Shown: positions 47,866 to 58,100 of the stretch, one piece after another | Layout of the letters: the number at the start of each line of letters is the position of its first letter | Position numbering within the stretch: the stretch's first letter is position 1 | Source: Psammoneis japonica | Taxonomy: Eukaryota | Assembly (NCBI GenBank): GCA_008632985.1 | Contig: QPGO01000119.1 | Coordinates: forward strand, 186,001-250,000 | Reading direction: 5' to 3' | Length of the DNA stretch: 64,000 nucleotides | The notes under the pieces: generated by a model | What the model saw: the letters and a program-made list of their open reading frames with translations, nothing else | Databases searched by the model: none | Told to the model about the DNA's origin: nothing | Translations under genes and position numbers: made by a program

Positions 47866-50412
47866 GTGCTCAATCAAGACGATGACAGCCCTCTTCGTTC
47901 TGCCCTGTCCACCAACGGGATTGAATCGTGCGAGGAATTGTTCACGTTCTTACCCACCCAAATTGACGCCCTCACTTACAGAGACGGTGCCAATGTAGTG
48001 CCTTTGCCACGGACCCACAGAAACCTCCTAGCAGCTTTGATCAGCTTCTACTTTGTCAAAGTTTGCAACGGTGATGATGTGACCAATGAACCCCAGTTGC
48101 TCACACCCGAGGAATTTCGCAACTGCAGCCTTGGTCCGGACTGCTTGACCTCTCTAGCCACTGGCGCAGCACCCTCCACACCTGTGCCGAGTCCCTTGCC
48201 ATCCAAACCAGATGAACCCAGTGCCATTTTGACACCAGCCTTGCACTGTGCCACCACTCAGGTGTCTCCTAGAAGTGGTGTCAGTCGCACCCCGCATGTC
48301 TTGACCAACCCACCTGCAAGCAACCTCGGCCCAGTGCAGGATTGCAGCCCTTGCACAGGCCCGCACTTCGAGACCAGTTGGGACACTCCACCCATGGCTT
48401 CCAAAGCTGCAGTCTTGGCACCCCGCAAACCACGTGCTGCCAACCTCCACGTGTTGACTTCTGTCGCTGTCACCCTTCACAGTCTTCGTTTGGGAAGTGA
48501 TGGAGGTGACAACTTGCTTCTCGTATCTCCTGATGGGGAGCCTCCTTTTCCCGTCATTGAATCTGTTCACAACAGTTCAACCGGTTCATCAGATGGGGAG
48601 TTCAGGACATCCAAGCAGCTTCGTTGTCTTCGGATCCTCCAAGCATCGCACCATGAGACCAGGCCTCCTGATTGGATGCCTCAAGTCTCGTACCTCGAGA
48701 CTGGGCCTCCTGATTGGATGCCTCAAGTCTCGCACCTCGAGACCAGGCCTCCTGATTGGATGCCTCAAGTCTCGCACCTCGAGACCAGGCCTCCTGATTG
48801 GATGCCCCAAGTCTCGCACCTCGAGACCAGGCCTCCTGATTGGATGCCCCAAGTCTCGTACCTCGAGACCAGGCCTCCTGATTGGATGCCTCAAGTCTCG
48901 TACCTCGAGACCAGGCCTCCTGATTGGATGCCCCAAGTCTCGTACCTCGAGACTAGGCCTCCTGATTGGATGCCCCAAGTCTCGTACCTCGAGACTAGGC
49001 CTCCTGATTGGATGCCCCAAGTCTCGCACCTCGAGACCAGGTCTCCTGATTGGATGCCTCAATGGATGCCTCAAGTCTCGTGCCTCGAGACCAGGCCTCC
49101 TGATTGGATGCCCCAAGTCTCGTACCTCGAGACTGGGCCTCCTGATTGGATGCCCCAAGTCTCGTACCTCGAGACTGGGCCTCCTGATTGGATGCCCCAA
49201 GTCTCGCACCTCGAGACCAGGTCTCCTGATTGGATGCCCCAAGTCTCGTACCTCGAGACTGGGCCTCCTGATTGGATGCCCCAAGTCTCGTACCTCGAGA
49301 CCAGGTCTCCTGATTGGATGCCTCAAGTCTCGTACCTCGAGACTGGGCCTCCTGATTGGATGCCCCAAGTCTCGTACCTCGAGACTAGGCCTCCTGATTG
49401 GATGCCCCAAGTCTCGCACCTCGAGACTGGGCCTCCTGATTGGATGCCCCAAGTCTCGCACCTCGAGACCAGGTCTCCTGATTGGATGCCTCAAGTCTCG
49501 TACCTCGAGACTGGGCCTCCTGATGGGATGCCCCAAGTCTCGTACCTCGAGACCAGGCCTCCTGATTGGATGTCCCCAGTCTCGCACCTCGAGACCAGGC
49601 CTCCTGATTGGATGCCTCAAGTCTCGTGCCTCGAGGCTGGGCCCCCTGATTGGATGCCCCAAGTGTCGTACATCGAGACTGGGCCCCCTGATCGGATGCC
49701 CCAAGTCTCGTGCCTTGAGACCAGGCCTCCCAACTGGACTCTCCACGTCTCGTGCCTCAAGACCGGGCCTCCCAATTGGATCCTCCACGTCTCATGCCTC
49801 AAGACTCGGCCTCTGGATTGGATCCCTCAAGTCTTGCGCCACGAGACTCGGCCTCCTGATTGGATCCCCCAAGTCTCACACCTCAAGACTTGGCCTCCTG
49901 ATTGGATCCCCGAAGACTCGTGTCACAACACTGGCAAGTCCTTTTGGATCCCAGAAGTCTTGCAGCACGGGACTGGTTGCCCCAATCAGACATCTGCAGC
50001 CTTGCACCACAAGATGTCTTGCTCCAATCCGATCCCCGAAGGCTTGCACCTTGAGACTCGTTTCTCCAATTGGATCAGTCTCTCAGGAGATGCAGTCGGA
50101 TTGGTGGAACACAAGACCACCGCTTGTGCCTTTGAACTGATGCTTGCTCTGTTCCCCGAGTCGTGCAAACGCCATGCCGCCTGCAATGTTGCCCCACCGT
50201 TCAACATTGTCAACCAGACCAAGCTTTGCTCCTTCCATTGCAAGCGCGGATGTGGAATCCCACAAGATCCCAAGTGTGCCTTGAGCTTTGAAAAGCACAA
50301 CGGCATCTGCAATTGGGGAGACGCAGCTCATCTCAAGATGACCCACTTGGAGAATGCAACGTTGCTCTCGGATCTTGATCCTTTCTTGTCTCCTCATGTT
50401 TTGGTGCTTTGA
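47866..50412 (+). CDS. Element-encoded ORF: gag-like N-terminus fused to 14-aa tandem repeats (ETRPPDWMPQVS[Y/H/C]L)
   Basis: DDDSPLRSAL..GI...EL......IDALTY...PL....L....F...LTPEEF resembles diatom copia gag N-termini. The ORF has no ATG start and is probably mutated. Confidence 0.5.
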   Translation: MLNQDDDSPLRSALSTNGIESCEELFTFLPTQIDALTYRDGANVVPLPRTHRNLLAALISFYFVKVCNGDDVTNEPQLLTPEEFRNCSLGPDCLTSLATGAAPSTPVPSPLPSKPDEPSAILTPALHCATTQVSPRSGVSRTPHVLTNPPASNLGPVQDCSPCTGPHFETSWDTPPMASKAAVLAPRKPRAANLHVLTSVAVTLHSLRLGSDGGDNLLLVSPDGEPPFPVIESVHNSSTGSSDGEFRTSKQLRCLRILQASHHETRPPDWMPQVSYLETGPPDWMPQVSHLETRPPDWMPQVSHLETRPPDWMPQVSHLETRPPDWMPQVSYLETRPPDWMPQVSYLETRPPDWMPQVSYLETRPPDWMPQVSYLETRPPDWMPQVSHLETRSPDWMPQWMPQVSCLETRPPDWMPQVSYLETGPPDWMPQVSYLETGPPDWMPQVSHLETRSPDWMPQVSYLETGPPDWMPQVSYLETRSPDWMPQVSYLETGPPDWMPQVSYLETRPPDWMPQVSHLETGPPDWMPQVSHLETRSPDWMPQVSYLETGPPDGMPQVSYLETRPPDWMSPVSHLETRPPDWMPQVSCLEAGPPDWMPQVSYIETGPPDRMPQVSCLETRPPNWTLHVSCLKTGPPNWILHVSCLKTRPLDWIPQVLRHETRPPDWIPQVSHLKTWPPDWIPEDSCHNTGKSFWIPEVLQHGTGCPNQTSAALHHKMSCSNPIPEGLHLETRFSNWISLSGDAVGLVEHKTTACAFELMLALFPESCKRHAACNVAPPFNIVNQTKLCSFHCKRGCGIPQDPKCALSFEKHNGICNWGDAAHLKMTHLENATLLSDLDPFLSPHVLVL
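48655..50076 (+). repeat. 42-bp tandem array: 25 conserved units (48655-49716, one with a 12-bp duplication) plus ~8 decaying units
   Basis: Unit GAGACYRGGCCTCCTGATTGGATGCCYCAAGTCTCGYRCCTC. Confidence 0.97.
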
Positions 50413-50759
50413 CTCCAAAGTTCTTCAGTCAATCCGAAGTCGAATCTGTTTCTGTGGCTCCTCAAGCAAACTGGGGAGTGACAGGATTTGAGCAGGATTC
50501 AGGTGCGTGCGAAATGTCGCGCGCTGTTTAGTTTGCCGCGCACAGTTTTGTGTGCTTTGGTTCCGCGCGTTCGCGCGCGATGTAGTTTGCTTTCGAGCCA
50601 CAAGGCTCACAAGAATGACAACAGCAGCCCGATTGTGCCGACTTGCACGTCTTTCGGCTCCTGCAACGGTCTCTGAGCGGAGACTCATCTGCTGTTCAGA
50701 CAGCAGCAAGGAGCCATTGTTTGAATTCTTGCCATTTGCCTTCAATTTCTGTCACACGA

Positions 50760-53700
50760 AACCCCGCCGTGTTGCTGCTTGTCGGCACCCTCGGAATGCT
50801 GCAACATTTCTTCCTGATTGTTGGCAACTGAGTTTCTTCAACTTCTGTGCAATTTCAAGCAAACAAGCATTGTGGGATGTTCCTTCGAAGATCAATGATG
50901 CAACGAGCTAATTGTCAGTGCATGATGCACTTGCGATGGCTGCCGAAACACTTCCAGCACAATGGCGAAGGTTTCGGGTTGAGAAAAAAATGTGCAATCT
51001 TCCGTTGCGGTCTTGCCATGTCACAAGTCTGCAAAAGATCTTGGCACCATTTCTACGCTGGTGCTAAAAATTTTGCTCTACAGACACAAATGTTGTGGAT
51101 GAACCGTGGTGGTTTGTTGGTGTGTTTGCCACGTGCGCACTCTAGAAAGCAACGCATTTTGTGGCGCTGTTCAACATTGATTCATTTCAGTGCTTCGTGC
51201 TCTCGTGGATGGGAGAATGAACAAAAAATGCTTGCAAAAGCACAATGACAGAATGTGCTTCGACTCCGTTTGCGTTCGTCACTCGGCAGTTTCCAAGTGT
51301 GTGTGGCCACATGACAGCCTGTCAGAGACAGCAACACTGATGTTGCATGTGTTGTGTTTCTCAGGAATCAGGAAAGAAGTGAGTGTCAATGAATGAGACA
51401 TGCAAAACACACGTTGATTTTTGTTCTTTGTTGCCCGTGTTGGCGATGCAGGTGTCGAAGAGTCTCGATCTTGTTGTCCTTTGGTGTCAGTTTGTCTTCA
51501 TCGCACTTTGAATTCATGATTTCTGAACTGAATTTAAGCAACAACAGCACAGTCCAACAATGCCATTGTCATCACATCTTGCCTCACACATTGTTTGCTT
51601 CTGTTTTCATGCCCAAATGTTGTTCGAAAGTGTTGCTGCACTTGCGCGCACACTGCACTGAGATTCCCTCGGTCGGTGCAACAGATGTTTAGCCAACAGT
51701 GCCAGGTTGTCCAGAGTGATGATGCGGCAGCTTGGACAGCTGATTCGCTGTTGAGGTGACCTCATCGGCACGCAGACAAGCAATCAATCTTCTTGATGAG
51801 GATTTGCTTCTCTGAGTGTTTGGATCCGGACCAGCATGATGCAGTCGACATGGCATGCTGCCGCACTCTGCATGCTTTGTCAGAGCAGCTCTGGTTTCTT
51901 GCACACCATGGCAAGAGGCAAGAGAGAGCAGTGAGTCAGCCGTTTGTTGCCATGGTGGGTGCCAATCAACTTGCTTGCCCACTCATGTGCACCAATGGCT
52001 GCTGCTGCTGCCACCCAGATTGCACAGGCAGGCAGCACAAGAGAGCAGGTGCCATCCAACACCACCAATGACAAGCCCAGAAGTCCTTGCTGGCACAACA
52101 TCAACATCTTTTTGTTGAGCTTTTTTGTGCTTCTATTTGAAGGCTTGGTTCCTCCAAACACTGGTGTGCTGGCATCTCTTGCTTGCACACAGTGTGCTTT
52201 CACCTTTTTTCTCCAGCAGCCTGCAAACAACAAGTGATTGAGAAAAGTTAAAGAAACACAACTGCTGTGGTGTGACACACACATTGCTCAGCAAAGATGT
52301 GGGCAGGTTGAAGCACCAAACCAATGTTGCTGTGCTGCTGCTTTGAAGCATTCTTTGAACACCCAGCTGAGCATGCACAAAAGTGAAGCCAGCCCAGCTG
52401 TTCAGCAAAGAAGCAAGAAAAGTGACAGACAAAGTGCTTTTGCATGCCCCCCCCCGTGAAGAGCTCCTGTTGCTGTTGGAGCTTCACCACTTGCCAGCTG
52501 GTGTGCATTTGGTCTCACCATGATCTCTGAGCCTGCTGCGTGGCTTGCAAAAACACGTTGCCATTGTTGTCAATCACTGTTGCCATGTTGGCCAGGTGCA
52601 GAAGCTAAAAAGTGAACACAACAAGACCTGCAACTCAAACCAAGTTGCAAACACAAACTTGCCACATTGTCCAAAATTGTCGCCAGTGTGCATCACACTG
52701 TGACTTTGTCTGTCTGTCCTGCAAAAACTGACTCTGACCTTGATGCTCCAACACACTTCTTCACACAAGCCATGTCAACTGGTCAACCTCATGCCCATCA
52801 AGCATGGGTGGATGACACTTGGAAACCATGCAACCCAACAACATGTTGGCTGTTCTGCCAATTCCAATGGCCCACATCATCCAACTCTGCTGACAGTGAA
52901 CGATCATTGTCAGGGCAACCCTCCTTCTCACATGCCCAACAAACTTGTTGCATTGCCAGCACTCAATCTGCTTCATCTCACTCCATGCAAAACTTGTGCC
53001 ACCCGGTTTCTTGTTGGTCCTGCAGCAGGTGTGTCCAACACCCATGGTGCCTTTTCAGCTGGATTGGGGTGAGTGTCAACCCCCAATGTGAGCCGCTGAT
53101 GCAGGTCTTTCAAGACTTGCCAGTGTGTTCCTTGGCACCTTCCACTGGCATCGCCACCAATGGCTTGTTCCTTTTTTTGTTCCAGGCGTCATTGACATCC
53201 TTGCTGGGTCCATCTTCTTTTTTGGTGATTTCTTCCGTCCGGGATGATCCTGCCACAGGACGTGTGTTTCCACTCCTGTTTCAACTGAGCTTGCAAACCA
53301 ATTGTGCCAACAATCTTAAAAAAAGTGCTTCCACCTCATCTTGATGAATGAGCGCCAGCTGCTTCCAAGCCTTGACTGCCTTTTCGTTTGCATCTGACAA
53401 GATCGACTTGCCACATTGCCCGCCACAATCGTCGCTCAGTGTGTCTTTGTCTGTGTCTGTCCTGTGAAAACTGCCTCTAACCCCAATGTTCCAACAGGTG
53501 CATGCTGGACCAAGTGGGTCGAGAAGCACACGGCGGATGAAAAAATGAAATGCTGGTCATGTTGCAAGAACAAATCATGTGGGTGACCCTCAAATTGTTC
53601 CACGAAAATGAGTCACGGAGATGATCATAGACAAATTCAGTCGAATGAATCAACCCACGACCAATGTTGATTCGGGCAATGCGTGAGGTCATTCAATGCT
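50760..53700. repeat. TpA-depleted degenerate block
   Basis: TA is rare throughout; CG is also rare at ~51900-53100. Confidence 0.6.
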
Positions 53701-53834
53701 TGCCTCGTGAGCCCTCCTTCATCTTTTCCTTGTCACACGGCACCCGCACATGATCGTAAAATTGTGCCCAGTGACAAGACACTGTTCACAGACATTCTAA
53801 CATCTTAGAATGTCCTGCTGCAAACGATTTTTAA

Positions 53835-55070
53835 TTGAGCCCCGGGTGGTGTGGTTTTCACCACGACGTCCATCCCATTTTTTCTCGTCATGTTTGGTTT
53901 GAGAACAAGTCCAAAAGATCCAAAATGAGGACCATGCGTTGCTTTGTCTCTTGGACGCCAGTGTTGAGTGCCCCATTTGCAAGGGGTGAGTTCTTGTGTG
54001 GCACATCAAAGGCGCCTGGAGAGACAAACGGACATGGAGGTCTTGAACGCGACGAGGTCAACGCACCAAATGGTGCGACATGCACAATTTACGGAGGGAT
54101 CAAGGGATCGTCTCCAGCCACGATTTATGACAAAGTCCAAGTGAGTGGGGGAGCGACACTCATCATCACTGGACAAGTCACCTTTGAAGGAGAGATCACT
54201 TTAAAACGTAGGAGCAGTTTGGTTGTTTCATCTGAAGAAAATGTTTGTCCAATGTTCAAGACGGGCATCAAGGCAAAAAGAACGAGCCAGGTTTCCATTT
54301 CAGCAGAGGGATGCTGCGTTCATGTGGGCAGAAACCTTGAAGTCTGCGAAAGTTCCGGATCCAGTTCCAGTGTCGAGATCCAAGGAGTCCCAGCAGACAC
54401 TGTCACAGTTGACAAGAATTCTGTTCACACTCTCAAGACAGTCAACAACATGTTGAAGAGAGGAAAGTCATTGATCGCATCAAAGAACACTGTGACGGGC
54501 TCCAAGAAAGCTTTCATCAGCATGAACTCCAACACCAAGAGGATTGCCATCAAAGGAAACAAGTTCCACGCCATTGACATTGTTGGCAACGTCGCAACTG
54601 ACTCAATCGTGTTCAGTGGGAATGCGCACAACTCAACGTTAGTTTTTCAAGACAATGATTCAGGCAAGAAAATGAAACTCAAGAACAACGATGGCGCAAA
54701 AGGAAGATCTCTTGACTGTCAAGGGAACGTCGTTGGTGGGAAGTTCATGGTGAAGAGACGGTGCAAAGCTCCAAACCCTCAGAAGCAAGTCGCAGCTTCT
54801 AATTCTTCCCCATCAAGAAGCCCGCTGACGAAGGAATTAGAAACCGAAGGCACAGACCAGAACGGTGAGACAGGCGGTGGTGCCACGGCACGTGCTCTCA
54901 CCCAGAATCCCACGCCTTCGCCAACACCACCGCCAACGACACCCTCAACTCAGGAGCCGACGCCCGAGCCAACCACAAGAGAAACGGCTGAACCAACTCC
55001 ATTCCCGATGCGAGCTGCGACAAACAAGTCGGAGGGAGGTCTTGAGGCACAGACCACCACAAAAAAGTCA
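53835..55070 (+). pseudogene. 5' part of a host gene (beta-helix-like Asn/Gly-rich repeats and PT-rich linker; probably extracellular) interrupted by the LINE
   Basis: The ORF runs ...NPTPSPTPPPTTPSTQEPTPEPT...TTTKKS up to the TSD and continues in frame at 63135. True start uncertain. Confidence 0.7.
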
Positions 55071-55184
55071 AAACAAAACCAAAATTCCATGTTTGCAGTG
55101 CTGCCACGCTTCCACCCTGCAACTCCGGCAACAAGCCAACCCACACCCCCAGCGCACTAAAAGTGCGGCAGGAGCAAACAGTGG

Positions 55185-58100
55185 TTAGCCGAGATCGGCG
55201 TCACCCGAGGGTGACGCCAAGCCAAAATAACTTGCGATGGTTCTGGTGCCTCGTGCAGCCAAACATTTGGCTTCACGCATGCTTGATTTAAAGACTGGTT
55301 TGAACATGGCCAACCAGTTTCGAATCCGGTGAGTGGAGTGTGACAGGTGTTCTTCTGCCGAATCAAGGAGGAGCGCCTTGTCTCTTGCAAGACAATTGTC
55401 TGTACGAGAACAAATGGCCTTGACCTCTGCTTCTGCGTCTCGTCTTTGAGACGACTTCCTCGTTTCCGAATCGTGTCCGTGCACAGCGTCGTTGTGAGCG
55501 TCCCAGAGGTCCCACCACTGCTCCCCACATGAAATTCCCAATGGTTGCAGCCCAATCCAGCCATTTCTGTTGATCTGAGAGAGTCCGACAAATGCCGCTC
55601 GACGAAAGGTGAGAGGTTTGCGTCGCATTCCACTGGACAGAAAAACGGCCATTAAACAACTGACGCCAACCTGTTTCCCCTTGGGAATGAAATGCGGGCA
55701 CGACGCTGTGATGAAATTGTTCTGAGTGCAAAAGCTCGCCTCGAAACCATGCTTCAACAGCCGAAATTATCAAGTCTCGTAAGGAAGGAGACATGTGAAC
55801 ATCATCGCACTTCTTGCGCAATCCTTGCAAAAATTTTCTGTGCCAGGCTTCATTGTGAGGGCAACGGAGAATGTGATCTCTGTCTTCCATGGGGTCCTGA
55901 CAGTGAACAACAACAGTCCGGACGTGTCGGATTGCATCTGTGCACAATCTTGTTGGTGGGCAGAAGATCTTGAACCAGCTTGACGGCACTGACTTTTCGA
56001 CGAATGTTTCGTGACATCAATTTCGAATGAACGTCCCAATCAATCGATGCGCACACTTCGTCGGACCAACTGTGTTTCTCTTTCATGTGCTGAACCAGTG
56101 CAGGACTCGATGCCTGACATCTGACAACCGGCTTGCATTTGGAAGAAACAGTGGCTCCTTGAAGAAGCAGGTTTGCTCGGCAATGAGGCATGCGGGGAGC
56201 AGCAAGAGCATTGCCCGTAAATCGACCTTGGAATTGTCCAGCGAGTCTGTCGGCACGTGTGTTCAACTTCGCCGCTTGAGAGAGAGAGTCAATGGGAAGG
56301 ATGTCATCTTGGTGTCCCTTCACCCAGTGAATCTCGACTGTGGGACACGACAGTTCATCAGTGCGTGCTTCTGACAGCTGTCTCAGGGAATGGAAGACCT
56401 CATTGACAACACCCCAATCCGGAGAGAGAGCATCAGCAATGTGAAAACGCCAGTGGAAGTCTCCTTGGATCTCCTCCTCGTCGGCAGGATGAGGAATCAC
56501 CTGGAAATTCGAGACAGTGCGAATGAGAGCGGAATTGTCGCAATGCAAATCAGCGCCGCTGACCTGTGTAGAACAACAGTCTGACAATCGGATCAGAAAA
56601 CGGAGAAAAGACAGTGGACCGCATGCCTCCGCACGACAAGACGATGGGCGAAAACCGAAAACTGGACCGGCACAATCCACAAGAGGAACCCCGTCGATCG
56701 CAATCGTCCACCCGAACGTGCCTTTGAAATGGAGGACCGAACCGTCGCCAGCTGCTGAAACCTTGTGGGTGACGAGGAGCTCAGCGATTTCAAATGTAGA
56801 CCGATGTAAATGCAATTCTTCGAACAGAGCAGATTCCCACCGAGGAAGAGACCGCAGCATGGCCAAGAAATCATTCGGGACGGGAGGGACTGTCGGCAAG
56901 GACACTGGAGAACCGAATGACTTGATCCGCCACAAACCGGTTGTAGTCGTAACTGCTGGCACAGGGGAAGCGGCTGGGGAAAGATCTGGAACGTTTTCCA
57001 GAGCAGCAAGAGTCTCCGCACAACCTTGGTGCACTGGGAAAATCTCGAAACCCGAATCTCCACGAATGCACAAGTGATCCTCGGAGGATTCGTAATGTGC
57101 GACATGTGTCATGCGCATTTCCGTAGCTGGTGCAACCCATTGACCTAAAGGGTGTCGCAGATCGAGCGAGTCTGGTTTGCAAAACAAGGAACAGGCTCGA
57201 CGCCACTGTTTCCATGCCCGAGCGGATGGACGTTGTTGTTCGATGGGATTCAGAGTGCTGCGACTGCTGAGAAGGAACGATCGGCCGTTCACTTTAAAGG
57301 GATCGAGCGAAAAACCATCTGGAGAGGCAACATCCGACAGAGTCAAAACATTTGGATAAAGACGACAGTGGTTGACCCACTGCATCTCACGATCACTGAA
57401 CACCTGGGATTGAAGTGCAATGTCCATGATGCATTGGTCGTTGTCTCGCTGGAGTGGAAGCACTCCAGCACAATCACAGTCGATGGTGGCATCGATCCGG
57501 GCCAAGAATGAATGCAAGGACATGAACCATTTCGATTCGGAATGAGGGAGCTTGGCATGGACGTCCTGAAGAAAACTCACACCTGTGCCAAGCTGCAACT
57601 GAATCCACAATGCAGCGATTTGCGACAACACCTGAGGTTGCCCAGAGCCCCGCCAGTGGGTGAGAAACTGCAGAACCTGCGCTGCACCCTGTTCCACGTC
57701 TAAAGACCTGAAACCACCGCCTCCCAGGGAATGAGGTCCGAAGAGGACGTCACGTTTCGAGTTCCGATTGCACCCGCATTTGGCAAAAATGGCACGCATG
57801 GCCTTCCTCTGCACTTCGAGCAACTCTTTCTCCTTGAAGTGAGTGTTCGGGAGAACATGCGTGGTTGCAGACAGATGACAAGCAAAATGGTGAGTCCATG
57901 ACTCGTGTCGATCTAAAGGACAAGACCGAAGGAAAAGGGCAATGCCGTCACTCTTTTGTTTCAGAGCCGAGTGCTGGGTCTTTTGAGTCCCCGCTGGAGC
58001 TTTGCAGTGTCCAAGTGTCTTGTGAGAAGAGCATGCGGACAATTGTTTGCTTGACCCGGTCGTGGTGCGGTCTGCAGAAGAGATTTCAATGTCAATGTCC

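Larger units (their letters stand above)
46578..50754 (+). mobile_element. Non-autonomous LTR retrotransposon (copia/CoDi-like gag, no pol), 276-bp LTRs, 5-bp TSD CACGA
   Basis: LTRs 46578-46853 and 50479-50754, both TGACAG...CTGTCA. CACGA at 46573-46577 and 50755-50759. Purine tract ggggag immediately before the 3' LTR. Confidence 0.95.

Noticed and set aside
48655..49716. CRISPR array
   Set aside because: Units are contiguous 42-bp tandem repeats with no unique spacers, inside an LTR element in eukaryotic DNA with no cas genes.
48497..50140. Overlapping 547-aa (+) and 399-aa (-) ORFs across the array
   Set aside because: By-products of a stop-free repeat unit whose length is a multiple of three.
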